From Escherichia coli O157:H7 (GTDB lineage: Bacteria > Pseudomonadota > Gammaproteobacteria > Enterobacterales > Enterobacteriaceae), in the NCBI RefSeq assembly GCF_013167455.1, contig NZ_CP038328.1: a stretch of DNA of 64,000 nt; one strand, 5' to 3'. The notes under the pieces are model-generated. The model made no database searches. It had not been told where the DNA came from and saw only the letters and a list, made by a program, of their open reading frames with translations. Shown one piece after another: positions 53,621 to 64,000 of this stretch; position 1 is the first letter of the stretch, and each line of letters starts with the position of its first letter. The translations under genes were made by a program, and so were the position numbers.

Positions 53621-53626
53621 AATAAC

Positions 53627-54085
53627 TCATTGAGTTGAAACGAGAAGTTTATAAATTCTTTCCAGATCGTCGATATTTCGAACGCGGATTAACAGCCGAC
53701 GCTGTTCTAATTGCATCACCAACACGCCATCTTCCGACAAGTTCATCGCTTTGATTCGGCTATATTCAATCCAGACATTGGCGAAGAAAAAACCTTTTTG
53801 TTTAAAGATGATCTTCGGAACGCGGATCCAGAATATATAAAAACCCATCAGAGCCAGTGCGCTTAATAACCATGTCGTTATTAACGCACCATGATTCGTG
53901 ACGTTGTTATAGATAAGAATGACAATCAATCCGACGAAGATAACGCTATCGATGCGACCACGCCGGAGCAAAGGAATTGCCAGCAGGGTGGGGCCGTTAC
54001 GGCGGGGCATGATGAACTGATCGTAGATCGCGAAGGCCAGGAGTGCGGCGATGAAAAGAATCAGTACCAGGTCCGTGATTGTCAT
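53627..54085 (-). CDS. yobD: DUF986 inner membrane protein YobD
   Basis: 152-aa ORF. Confidence 0.8.
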
Positions 54086-54097
54086 TAATCCTCCAGA

Positions 54098-54124
54098 TAA
54101 AAAAACGGGGCCAAAAGGCCCCGG
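54098..54124 (-). terminator. Rho-independent terminator of the manXYZ operon
   Basis: ggggcc aaaa ggcccc with U-run on the minus strand. Confidence 0.75.
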
Positions 54125-54139
54125 TAGTGTACAACAGTC

Positions 54140-55000
54140 TTACAGTCCCAGCAGGCCGCAAGCGTAACCAGCGATACCGATGACGAAGAAGCCAACGATG
54201 ATCCACAGCGGGTTAACTTTTTTGCGCAGTAGCCACATACAAGCAAAGGTCAGCAGCAGTGGTACCAGGCCTGGCATTAACTGGTCCAGAATAGTCTGGA
54301 CAGTAGTAACGTGTTCTTTGCCCGTCTGGTCAGTAATGCGAGAGACAACCAGCGGGATGTTGACATGTGTCCACTTGTTAACCAATGCCCCCATGACAAA
54401 CAGGCCGAGGATAGACGCCCCTTCCGTCAGTTTTTGCAGGAAGCCACCACCCATATCTTTAACGATATCGATACCTTTGGAGTAACCATACGCTACGCCG
54501 TAGTAACGGGTTGCCAGACGCACCAGGTTAAACAGGATGAAGAACAGCAGCGGACCTAACAGGCTGCCGCTCATCGCGATACCGGCACCCAGTGCTGCAA
54601 ATACCGGACGTACGGTTCCCCAGAAGATCGGGTCGCCTACACCAGCCAGCGGCCCCATCAAACCGACTTTGATACCGTTGATAGCACCGTCGTCGATCTC
54701 TGCGCCATTAGCACGCTGTTCTTCCAGCGCCAGGGTTACGCCGAGAATCGGCGCAGCCACGAACGGCTGGGTGTTAAAGAACTCCAGGTGACGGCGAATA
54801 GCTTGTTTACGAGCTTCGTTGTTCTCAGGGTAGAGGCGACGAATTGCCGGTACCATAGAGAAGCAGAAACCCAGTGCCTGCATACGTTCGAAGTTCCATG
54901 AACCCTGGAAGAGGTTAGAACGCAGGAAGACGCCACGAATATCACTTTGAGTGAGTTTTTTCTCGGTGGTAGTTTGAGTTGTATCAACCATTTCGCTCAC
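54140..55000 (-). CDS. manZ: Mannose PTS EIID component
   Basis: 286-aa ORF. Confidence 0.9.
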   Translation of the reverse strand: MSEMVDTTQTTTEKKLTQSDIRGVFLRSNLFQGSWNFERMQALGFCFSMVPAIRRLYPENNEARKQAIRRHLEFFNTQPFVAAPILGVTLALEEQRANGAEIDDGAINGIKVGLMGPLAGVGDPIFWGTVRPVFAALGAGIAMSGSLLGPLLFFILFNLVRLATRYYGVAYGYSKGIDIVKDMGGGFLQKLTEGASILGLFVMGALVNKWTHVNIPLVVSRITDQTGKEHVTTVQTILDQLMPGLVPLLLTFACMWLLRKKVNPLWIIVGFFVIGIAGYACGLLGL

Positions 55001-55003
55001 CTG

Positions 55004-55804
55004 TTAGTCCAGTTCGTTATCGAGATCGTTGTTACCAGCTGCCTGAGCAGGCGCACCGGCTACGCGGTTGTATTTCGGGCTAAGTTGGATGTAGAGCACT
55101 GCCATAACAGTACCAATCACACCCAGAGCAACCAGGTTAAAGTTGGTGAATGCTGCGGTTACGAAGCCGAGGTAGAAGAACGGCATCAGGTAGCCAGCAC
55201 GCATCATGTTGATAACCATCGCATAACCAACCACCACGATCATGCCACCGGCGATATTCAGACCATTGGTCACCACTTCCGGAATCGCATTCAGCATGTT
55301 CTGTACTTCGCTGGTACCTACAGACAGCGCAACGATGACGGCCGGAATAGCCACACGCATTGCTTGCAGGAACAGAGAAGAAACGTGGATCCAGGAAATC
55401 GCTGTCAGGTTGCCGTTATCAGCAGCCTTATCCGCAGCGTGCTGGAAAGCAACGGTAATAGTACGAACGATGATGGTCAGTACCTGGCCCGCAGCGGCCA
55501 GAGGGATTGCCAGTGCAATACCTGCACCAATGCTCTGATGACCTGCGATAACCAGAATGGTAGAAATGATAGATGCCAGAGCGGCGTCAGGCGCAACTGC
55601 AGCACCGATGTTCATCCAGCCCAGCGCGATCATTTCCAGCGTACCACCGATAATAATACCGGTTTTCATATCCCCAAGAACGATACCCACCAGGGTACAC
55701 GCGATTAGCGGACGGTGAAACTGAAATTCATCGAGGATTGATCCCATACCTGCGATACAGGCTACGATAAATACCAGCACAATTTGAAGAGTGGTAATCT
55801 CCAT
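55004..55804 (-). CDS. manY: Mannose PTS EIIC component
   Basis: 266-aa ORF. Confidence 0.9.
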   Translation of the reverse strand: MEITTLQIVLVFIVACIAGMGSILDEFQFHRPLIACTLVGIVLGDMKTGIIIGGTLEMIALGWMNIGAAVAPDAALASIISTILVIAGHQSIGAGIALAIPLAAAGQVLTIIVRTITVAFQHAADKAADNGNLTAISWIHVSSLFLQAMRVAIPAVIVALSVGTSEVQNMLNAIPEVVTNGLNIAGGMIVVVGYAMVINMMRAGYLMPFFYLGFVTAAFTNFNLVALGVIGTVMAVLYIQLSPKYNRVAGAPAQAAGNNDLDNELD

Positions 55805-55866
55805 TGTACTTCTCCTGTTTACGTATGACTAAAGTGTGAAAACTGACTGATAATCAACACAATACG

Positions 55867-56838
55867 TTACTTATCGATTTTGCTGATCAGATCCATCATT
55901 TTCAGTTTCGGATCGGTGGAAACCTTACGGACTTCCAGCTCAATACCGCGTGCATTCAGTTTTTTGAACGCCTCGATATCTTTTTCATCAACCGAAACCG
56001 CGTTATTCACTTGGGTTTTACCCTGACGGAATGCCATACCACCGACGTTAACAGAGGTGATTTTCACGCCGCCTTCAACGAGACGCTCTACATCTGTTGG
56101 GTTGGTAAATAACAGCATTACACGTTCGCCAGCATATTTCGGGTTGTTGTAGACGCGAATCATTTTGGCAACATCAACTACGTGTGCTGTTACGCCCGGA
56201 GGTGCAACCTGGGTGAGCAGTGTCTTACGAACAGTATCCGCAGCCACTTCATCACTAACAACAATAATACGGGAGACATTGGTTTCTTTGGTCCAGCGGG
56301 TGGCGACCTGACCGTGAATCAGACGGTCGTCGATACGCGCAAGGCCAATAACCATGTAGTCGTTTGGCCCCATTGGTTTTGCCGGAGTTGGAGCCGCTTT
56401 GGGTGCTGCGGCAGCGGGTGCTGGCGCGGCTTTTTCAACCGGTTTGGCTTTCAGTGCTTTCACGCCTTCACGGCCTGTTTCTACTGCCAGCGCAACCAGT
56501 TCATCAAAGCTTGGGTCATCATCACGAGCCATTAACGTTTCCACGAGCATTGGAATGTTAACGCCTGCAATGACTTCATAATGCTCTTTGTCGACGACAA
56601 TGCGGCTGGCAGCATTGAACGGGCTGCCTCCCCATGTATCAACGAGAAACAGCACGCCTTTAGTGGTGTCGAGTTTTGCCAACTGAGCGTTGTACTTTTC
56701 AATCAGCGTTTCGGCATTTTCACCTGGAACGAAATCGATCCAGCCGACGTTTTCCTGCTCGCCTAACAGCATTTCTGCCGTTTTAAGCAACTGCTCTGCA
56801 GCCCAACCATGTGTGCCTATAACAATAGCAATGGTCAC
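55867..56838 (-). CDS. manX: Mannose PTS EIIAB component
   Basis: 323 aa; Ala/Pro-rich linker between IIA and IIB domains. Confidence 0.95.
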   Translation of the reverse strand: MTIAIVIGTHGWAAEQLLKTAEMLLGEQENVGWIDFVPGENAETLIEKYNAQLAKLDTTKGVLFLVDTWGGSPFNAASRIVVDKEHYEVIAGVNIPMLVETLMARDDDPSFDELVALAVETGREGVKALKAKPVEKAAPAPAAAAPKAAPTPAKPMGPNDYMVIGLARIDDRLIHGQVATRWTKETNVSRIIVVSDEVAADTVRKTLLTQVAPPGVTAHVVDVAKMIRVYNNPKYAGERVMLLFTNPTDVERLVEGGVKITSVNVGGMAFRQGKTQVNNAVSVDEKDIEAFKKLNARGIELEVRKVSTDPKLKMMDLISKIDK

Positions 56839-57300
56839 TTGCTACCTCCTTTATTATCGTTAACACCTCAACGTGCCAGATGTATTTTTGAATCGTCGTC
56901 CACAATCGAATCGATTCAGATAAGGGCTACAACCAAAAACCCCTGCGTTTCGCGATTTATTTTAGATATCGAAAAAATTATTTTATGTGATGAAGATCCG
57001 TAATTTAACTTTCGATTAGCAGAAATTTCGAAAGGTAAAATATCCTTGTCACATTCGTTTGCAAAGGAAGGTAAATCTTTGCCAAATCAGAGGCGTCTCT
57101 GATATGTTTAACTCCCGTTTAACAATCATGGAGTATAGGGCAGTAGCCCGCAGTATGGATCGTCACCGACGTCATTTCAGCATCAGGCCTTTTAACGCCT
57201 GCCTTTCTGGCACTCTATGCCGCACCTTTCGTTTGCATTTTGTCGTTACGCCTGCATTATTTCTGGCGTCGAATAGCTATTCCTTAAGCAGGAGCTTGTC

Positions 57301-58857
57301 ATGGAATTCTTAATGGACCCCTCAATTTGGGCGGGGCTACTCACGCTTGTTGTTCTCGAAATTGTGCTGGGTATCGATAACCTGGTCTTCATCGCCATTC
57401 TTGCTGACAAACTGCCGCCAAAACAACGCGATAAAGCGCGTTTGCTGGGGTTATCACTGGCGCTGATTATGCGTCTGGGGCTGCTGTCGCTGATTTCATG
57501 GATGGTCACGCTGACCAAACCGCTATTTACCGTCATGGATTTCTCCTTCTCCGGACGCGACCTGATTATGTTGTTCGGGGGGATATTCTTGCTGTTCAAA
57601 GCAACAACCGAACTGCATGAACGGCTGGAAAACCGCGATCATGATTCCGGCCACGGTAAAGGCTACGCCAGTTTCTGGGTGGTCGTCACACAGATTGTCA
57701 TCCTTGACGCCGTCTTCTCGTTGGATGCGGTAATTACTGCAGTAGGGATGGTTAACCATCTGCCGGTGATGATGGCGGCGGTAGTGATTGCGATGGCGGT
57801 TATGTTGCTGGCATCCAAACCGCTGACGCGATTCGTTAACCAGCACCCCACGGTGGTGGTGCTCTGTCTGAGCTTCCTGTTAATGATTGGTCTGAGTCTG
57901 GTGGCAGAAGGTTTCGGTTTCCACATTCCGAAAGGTTACCTGTATGCCGCGATTGGCTTCTCGATCATCATCGAAGTGTTTAACCAGATTGCGCGTCGCA
58001 ACTTTATTCGTCACCAGTCGACTTTGCCGCTGCGAGCGCGTACTGCCGATGCCATCCTGCGTTTGATGGGCGGGAAACGTCAGGCCAATGTTCAGCACGA
58101 TGCCGATAACCCGATGCCGATGCCGATCCCGGAAGGTGCATTTGCCGAAGAAGAACGTTACATGATTAACGGCGTACTGACGCTGGCGTCGCGTTCTCTG
58201 CGCGGGATCATGACGCCGCGCGGTGAAATAAGCTGGGTTGACGCTAATCTCGGGGTCGATGAAATCCGCGAGCAGCTGCTCTCCTCACCGCACAGCCTGT
58301 TCCCGGTATGTCGCGGTGAACTGGATGAAATCATCGGAATCGTACGTGCTAAAGAACTGCTGGTGGCGCTGGAAGAGGGCGTTGATGTGGCGGCGATTGC
58401 TTCGGCGTCTCCGGCGATTATCGTCCCTGAAACCCTCGATCCGATCAACCTGCTGGGCGTGCTGCGTCGTGCTCGCGGGAGCTTTGTTATCGTGACCAAC
58501 GAGTTTGGTGTGGTACAAGGCTTGGTCACGCCGCTGGATGTGCTGGAAGCCATTGCGGGTGAATTCCCGGACGCTGACGAAACGCCGGAAATCATTACTG
58601 ATGGTGACGGCTGGCTGGTAAAAGGCGGTACAGATTTGCATGCCTTGCAGCAGGCGCTTGATGTTGAGCACCTTGCCGATGACGATGATATCGCGACGGT
58701 CGCGGGCCTCGTGATCTCGGCAAATGGTCACATTCCCCGTGTGGGCGATGTGATTGATGTAGGGCCACTGCATATCACCATCATTGAAGCCAATGATTAT
58801 CGTGTTGATCTGGTTCGCATTGTTAAAGAGCAACCGGCGCACGATGAAGATGAGTAA
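57301..58857 (+). CDS. yoaE: TerC-family membrane protein with C-terminal CBS / CorC domains, YoaE
   Basis: 518-aa ORF. Confidence 0.85.
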
Positions 58858-58860
58858 GCG

Positions 58861-60459
58861 TTAACGTAACGGCATAATGGGCGTGATATGTCCATTATGC
58901 CGGGCGGGCGGCGGTTGGCTGCCCGCCAGCCATTTGGGAAAATCACGTAGCGGCATCGGCTGTGCGTACAAATACCCTTGCAAAATATGCACGCCATGAC
59001 GGCGCAAATACTTCGCCTGTTCTTGCGTTTCCACGCCCTCCGCCACCAGTTCAATATTCAGTCTTTGCCCCAGCGCGATGATGATATCGGTCACCGTCGA
59101 GTTAACCGCGTCAGAACCTATAGCTGCGGTAAATGACTTATCAATTTTCAGCACGTCAGGACGTAATGTTTCAAGCCAGGAAAATGAACTGTTGCCGGTG
59201 CCGAAGTCATCAATCGCCAGTTTGACGTTTTTACGATGTAGCTCGCGGGCAATCCGATAATCAACATCCAGTAAGGCATCGCGTTCGGTGATTTCGAGGA
59301 TCAGTTGCTGAATCGGGTGAGCGCTAAACCAGTACTGATTGAGATCTTTTATCAGCACACCACGGCGAAAATGGCTGGGTGCGACGTTAATGCCAACATG
59401 AAACTGACTACTCATCGGGAAAACATGGCGCTGACGAATGGTTTCTGCCATCACATAGCGGGTCAGTGGCACAATTAAATGATGTTCTTCCGCGATAGGA
59501 ATAAACACATCCGGTGAAATCCAGCCCTGACGCGGATTGTTCCAGCGCAGCAAAATCTCTACACCAATACATTGCTGGCTGCGCGCATTAAGCAAAGGCT
59601 GACAGAACAATTCGAACTCATGTTGCGCCAGGCCCAGATTGATTTCGCGGGAAAAGCTCATTCGGTAAGCGGTCGCCAGCCAGGCGATGTAGCCCACCAG
59701 TAAACTTAGCAGTACCGCCAGCGGTAATTGTGTTGGAAGATAGTGCCATGCCAGCGCCGGAGCCCCCGGACCATTAACGTTAATGGTAAAAGAAAAGCGT
59801 TGCGAAGAAACCTGATAGTTTTCATTGTCTTCAGGTTGTGGAAGGGAATCTACCAGCCCATTACCATAGAGCAAATGCCGTTTGTCCACCGTCAGGCTGG
59901 CGCTACTGATTTGCGGCAGTTGTGGCTCAAGCAGCATTGCCGTCAGTAAGTCGATGTTAATCATCTCCATGACCCCAGCATTGCTACTGCTCGCTGCAGG
60001 CGTCCATTGAATCAAAACCGGACTGCCTTTAATCAGGACACGGTCGGTCGTCAGGCGTAAAAGTGGTTGCGGTGCAGGAAGTTCAGCCAGAATGTCCACG
60101 ACGGGCACATTGCGATAACCAAAAATGCTGGAGCAATAAAGTGTGCCGTCTTGCACCAGGCCAATGGATCGCACAGTTTGGAGTTTTGCCGCCTGTTTAC
60201 GTAATGGCAAATGGGCGACAGAGCAGGGCAGACCAATCAGCGGAAGCAAGACTTCGCTACCTGCCTGTAGGGGAAGCAGTACTTTATCTAATTCCTCTAC
60301 AGCGTGATTGGCGAATTGTACTACCCGTTGTTGATTTAAGTTACGCTGTGAAATAAATCGCACGCTCAGGGTCGAAGCGAGCGTAACGAGTGCGCAAATC
60401 GTACAAACAATCATTCGATTACGGCGATAGGTTTTAATGATCCGTTGTGCTTTTTGCAT
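58861..60459 (-). CDS. pdeD: c-di-GMP phosphodiesterase PdeD (YoaD), CSS-EAL type
   Basis: 532 aa from the internal ATG (MQKAQRIIK); EAL-domain motifs incl. EITER at the usual EAL position. Confidence 0.85.
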   Translation of the reverse strand: MQKAQRIIKTYRRNRMIVCTICALVTLASTLSVRFISQRNLNQQRVVQFANHAVEELDKVLLPLQAGSEVLLPLIGLPCSVAHLPLRKQAAKLQTVRSIGLVQDGTLYCSSIFGYRNVPVVDILAELPAPQPLLRLTTDRVLIKGSPVLIQWTPAASSSNAGVMEMINIDLLTAMLLEPQLPQISSASLTVDKRHLLYGNGLVDSLPQPEDNENYQVSSQRFSFTINVNGPGAPALAWHYLPTQLPLAVLLSLLVGYIAWLATAYRMSFSREINLGLAQHEFELFCQPLLNARSQQCIGVEILLRWNNPRQGWISPDVFIPIAEEHHLIVPLTRYVMAETIRQRHVFPMSSQFHVGINVAPSHFRRGVLIKDLNQYWFSAHPIQQLILEITERDALLDVDYRIARELHRKNVKLAIDDFGTGNSSFSWLETLRPDVLKIDKSFTAAIGSDAVNSTVTDIIIALGQRLNIELVAEGVETQEQAKYLRRHGVHILQGYLYAQPMPLRDFPKWLAGSQPPPARHNGHITPIMPLR

Positions 60460-60589
60460 GCGGGCCACTCTGTAAGCGTATGGCGACAAACGCCTGACGC
60501 AACAGTGGAAGTGTAGTGGGGAATATTACAGCAGACGAGAAAGCGGGGATAAATTCGCCCATCCGTTGCAGATGGGCGAGTAAGAAGTA

Positions 60590-61954
60590 TTAGTCACACT
60601 GGACTTTGATTGCCAGACCACCGCGTGAGGTTTCGCGGTATTTGGCGTTCATGTCCTTACCGGTTTCGTACATCGTTTCGATGACCTTATCCAGCGAGAC
60701 GCGCGGTGCACTGGTGCGGCGCAGAGCCATCCGTGCGGCGTTAATCGCCTTCACAGAGGCAATGGCATTACGCTCAATGCACGGCACCTGAACCTGCCCT
60801 GCAACCGGGTCGCAGGTTAAACCAAGGTTGTGTTCCATGCCAATTTCCGCCGCCACGCAAACCTGTTCCGGGCTACCGCCCAGCAGTTCTGCAAGACCCG
60901 CAGCAGCCATTGAACAGGCAACACCCACTTCGCCCTGGCAACCAACTTCCGCACCGGAAATAGAGGCGTTCATTTTATACAATGCACCAATCGCGCCCGC
61001 TGCCATAAAGTAACGGGTATAGATGTCCGGGCTGACCGATTCAATAAAGTGGTCATAGTAAGCCAGCACTGCCGGAACGATACCGCAGGCACCGTTGGTT
61101 GGCGCAGTTACCACACGACCACCGGCGGCGTTTTCTTCGTTAACTGCCAGCGCAAACATGTTTACCCAGTCAATGACATTCATCGGATCGTTAGACAGTT
61201 TATCGCTGGAAACCAGCATCCGGCGCAGGGCAGACGCACGACGTGGCACGCGCAGCGGGCCTGGCAGTACACCTTCGGTGTTCATCCCGCGATCGATACA
61301 TGCCTGCATGGTTTGCCAGACATGCGCGAAATACTCGTCGATCTCTTTCTTGCTGTGCAGCGCCAGTTCGTTCTGCATAGCGAGACCAGACAGCGAATAG
61401 CCGGTTTCATTACAGTACGCGAGCAGTTCGGTGGCAGATTTGAACGGATACGGCACGCTCACTTCGTTGGCAGTATCCTGACCAAAGTGTTCTTCATCGA
61501 CGATAAAACCGCCGCCGATGGAATAATAAGTTTTGCTGTAGACGACTTCATCGCCGTTATAGGCGTGGATTTGCATACCGTTTTCATGCAGCGGCAGGTT
61601 GCCGTTATGAAAACGCATCCCGTTGTCGCGCGGGAAATCCACTTCATGCCGTCCCTGTGCCAGCAGCAGACGTTCGCGCTCTTCTACGTCGCGAATAAAA
61701 CCGGGAATACTGTCGATATCCACGGTGGCAGGTTCGTTACCTGCAAGACCCATAATAATGGCGATATCGGTGTGGTGGCCTTTACCCGTCAGCGACAGTG
61801 AACCATAAACGTCCACGGCAACGCGAGTAACGCTATCCAGTAAGCCTTTTTCGACCAGATCATCGACGAACTGTTTACCCGCCTTCATAGGCCCTACGGT
61901 ATGGGAAGATGAGGGACCAATCCCCACCTTAAACATGTCGAATAGACTAATCAC
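60590..61954 (-). CDS. sdaA: L-serine dehydratase 1
   Basis: 454-aa ORF. Confidence 0.95.
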   Translation of the reverse strand: MISLFDMFKVGIGPSSSHTVGPMKAGKQFVDDLVEKGLLDSVTRVAVDVYGSLSLTGKGHHTDIAIIMGLAGNEPATVDIDSIPGFIRDVEERERLLLAQGRHEVDFPRDNGMRFHNGNLPLHENGMQIHAYNGDEVVYSKTYYSIGGGFIVDEEHFGQDTANEVSVPYPFKSATELLAYCNETGYSLSGLAMQNELALHSKKEIDEYFAHVWQTMQACIDRGMNTEGVLPGPLRVPRRASALRRMLVSSDKLSNDPMNVIDWVNMFALAVNEENAAGGRVVTAPTNGACGIVPAVLAYYDHFIESVSPDIYTRYFMAAGAIGALYKMNASISGAEVGCQGEVGVACSMAAAGLAELLGGSPEQVCVAAEIGMEHNLGLTCDPVAGQVQVPCIERNAIASVKAINAARMALRRTSAPRVSLDKVIETMYETGKDMNAKYRETSRGGLAIKVQCD

Positions 61955-62137
61955 GATAATACTCCTGACAAGGTGACTGGACTTCCAGTAACGAACTAAT
62001 AACAGCGCATAGTGTAAGAGGGAACGCGGCGACTGGCTTAACTATTCACATGAATTAAACTAATCAAAAACCGCGATTTAACTAATATTGCGATGATTGT
62101 CTCAAGTAGTGTTTTGTAGATGTAAAGATAAGTATAG

Positions 62138-62716
62138 TCAGGGTTTCACACCAATTTGCAGCGCCAGCTCACGAATTATGCCTGCGGTCATTCCCCATAC
62201 AAAATACTGTTCGTACCAGGATAGCCATACCCGATGTGAATCGCCGCGGCGGTAGATATCTAAAGGGTGATAACGACCCAGATGTAATGCCTGGGCGAGC
62301 GGCATTTCAAACACAGCGGAAACTTCATCTTCACTGGCGCGATACGGCAGATCGGGCGGGATAATGCCGACCACTGGGGTTACCTGGTAGCCAGTTACGC
62401 TATCGACGGGCGGCAGCACGCCGATAACTTCAACGGCGGAAGGCGGTATAGCAACCTCTTCTTCAGCTTCGCGCAGCGCGGCGGCGATAACTGATGCGTC
62501 CGTGTCATCGACTGCACCTCCAGGGAATGCCACTTGTCCAGCGTGTTTACGCAGATGAATTGAACGCTGAGTCAGCAACAACCCCGGTTGCGGTCGACGG
62601 ACGATGGGGATTAACACGGCAGCCTGACGATGATTTAGGGTTTCCCGGTTAATTTGCGGGCGCAAAAGTTGAAAGCGCGATAAAAAATCATCAAGCGTCA
62701 GGCTACGGTATTCCAC
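62138..62716 (-). CDS. nudL: CoA pyrophosphatase NudL (YeaB), Nudix
   Basis: 192 aa; Nudix box [14 protein letters not shown]. Confidence 0.85.
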
Positions 62717-62719
62717 GTC

Positions 62720-64000
62720 TTACTTCTCCAGTTGGCGTAATATCTTATTAACTTTATCAAAAGTTTCCTGATATTCCGCTTCTTCCTGGCTATCGGCGAC
62801 AATTCCACCTCCCGCAGAGCAGTATATTTGTCCGTTAATGGCAGTCAGCGTGCGGATAGTAATGCTGGTATCCATGTTGCCGCAAAAGCTCAAATAGCCA
62901 ATGCTGCCGCACCAGGCATTACGTCGCTGCGGTTCCAGTTCGTCGATAATTTCCATAGCCCGTACTTTCGGAGCCCCGGTTATTGAGCCACCAGGAAAAG
63001 CTGCGCGCAGCAGATCGCTGGCGTGTAACTGTTCTGGTAGTTGCGCCGTTATGGTGCTGACCAGATGATGCACGGCAGGGAAGGGTTCCACCACGAACAG
63101 CTCTGGTACTTTTACCGAACCTGCTACGGCAACACGACCGATATCATTACGCATTAAATCGACAATCATCAGATTTTCGGCACGATCTTTCGCTGAGTTC
63201 GCCAGTTTTTCTGCTTGTTTGCTATCTTCCTGAGGAGCGGGCAGGCGTGGTAGCGTGCCTTTAATCGGGCGGGTCTGGATTTCACTATTATCACAAAGAA
63301 TAAACCGCTCTGGCGAAAGGCTTAAAATTGCACCCTGTTCAAGACGTAAAAAAGCGCTAAATGGCGCGCGGTTGGCCTGATTAAGCTGAAGGAATGCCTG
63401 CCATTCATCGCCAGAATAGGTCGCATGAAAACGCTGGGCGAGATTCACCTGATAGCAATCACCGCTGTGCAGATATTCCTGTACCCGGCGAAATTTTTCG
63501 CCGTACTGCTCGCGGGTCATATTGGATTGCCAGTCGGAAGTGAGCGTGAAATCTTCCTGCGGTGAGAATTGCTGGCTTTCCAGCCAGGCCCGACGGGCAT
63601 TGACATCATTATGACTCAGCAAAGAAACTGTATGACGCTGGTGGTCGACAATGAGCGCCCAATCGTAGATACCCACTGCCATATCCGGCAGAACGATATC
63701 TTGTTCCGCAATTTCTGGCAGTGACTCAAAACGGCGGCCCAGATCGTAGCCAAACAACCCCAGTGCGCCGCCCTGAAATGGCAAATCTTCGTTATGCGTT
63801 GGGCGAATGTCTGCGCGATCCAGCACCTGCTGGAGCACCTGTAGCGGGTCATCAGTGGTCGTTGTGCGTTTTTCGCTTTCACTAACAACGGTTTCTTTAC
63901 CTAAAGTGGTTAAAGTGCAAATCGGATCGGCGACCACAATATCAAAGCGGCTATACGGATGATCGGCATAGCCGGAGTGTAAAAGCATCGCCCACGGCAG
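62720..64000 (-). CDS. pabB: Aminodeoxychorismate synthase component I PabB; 5' end (about 31 codons) lies beyond the window
   Basis: ORF open to the window edge; chorismate-utilising enzyme motifs. Confidence 0.9.
   Translation of the reverse strand: MPWAMLLHSGYADHPYSRFDIVVADPICTLTTLGKETVVSESEKRTTTTDDPLQVLQQVLDRADIRPTHNEDLPFQGGALGLFGYDLGRRFESLPEIAEQDIVLPDMAVGIYDWALIVDHQRHTVSLLSHNDVNARRAWLESQQFSPQEDFTLTSDWQSNMTREQYGEKFRRVQEYLHSGDCYQVNLAQRFHATYSGDEWQAFLQLNQANRAPFSAFLRLEQGAILSLSPERFILCDNSEIQTRPIKGTLPRLPAPQEDSKQAEKLANSAKDRAENLMIVDLMRNDIGRVAVAGSVKVPELFVVEPFPAVHHLVSTITAQLPEQLHASDLLRAAFPGGSITGAPKVRAMEIIDELEPQRRNAWCGSIGYLSFCGNMDTSITIRTLTAINGQIYCSAGGGIVADSQEEAEYQETFDKVNKILRQLEK

Noticed and set aside
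54947-55708. 253-aa plus-strand ORF
   Set aside because: Antisense within manY; composition atypical for a real protein (His/Asn/Cys/Arg-rich).
56940-57060. Candidate CRP / Mlc operators of the manX promoter (ttatgtgatgaagatccg and neighbours)
   Set aside because: Only partial matches to TGTGA-N6-TCACA; I cannot place the manX transcription start from sequence alone, so no coordinates are claimed.
57059-57313. 84-aa plus-strand ORF in the yoaE leader ending 12 nt after the yoaE ATG
   Set aside because: No convincing SD, Arg/Ser/Leu-rich low-complexity translation, and no known leader peptide here; kept only as part of the yoaE-leader finding.
61049-61801. 250-aa plus-strand ORF
   Set aside because: Antisense within sdaA; shadow ORF.

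Overview
This window reads as conserved enterobacterial core chromosome, collinear with the Escherichia coli K-12 segment from pabB to cutC (about 1.89-1.96 Mb in MG1655 as I recall it), presented in reverse orientation. I did not find a previously undescribed system. Every long ORF is either a gene I recognise or an antisense shadow inside one. There is no IS element, transposase, integrase, prophage block, CRISPR array or foreign-looking island. Gene content in window order: cutC (3' end), torYZ, cmoBA-yecN-yecE-yecD, aspS, nudB, yebC, ruvC, yebB, ruvAB, znuBC/znuA, mepM, lpxM, pykA, hexR, zwf, edd-eda, purT, yebG, yebF, yebE, ptrB, exoX, yobB, holE, yobA-yebZ-yebY, sdsR/ryeA, pphA, yebW, yebV, rsmF, letBA, msrC, proQ-prc, htpX, yebQ, kdgR, yobH, mgrB, yebO, yobF-cspC, rlmA, mntP, yobD, manZYX, yoaE, pdeD, sdaA, nudL and pabB (5' end off-window). 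The most interesting signals are features the ORF track cannot show: three sRNAs (MicL inside cutC, the SdsR/RyeA antisense pair), a Mn riboswitch with MntR palindromes ahead of mntP, two sub-60-aa proteins (MgrB, YobF), several operator sites (Zur, LexA x2, PurR, GntR, PhoP) and REP/BIME clusters. The least characterised stretches are the yoaE leader, the yecN-yecE-yecD genes and the long AT-rich leader of yobF-cspC. All identifications rest on reading the supplied translations and sequence against remembered protein families and motifs; no database search or alignment was run, so gene names are recognition calls and start codons are best estimates.
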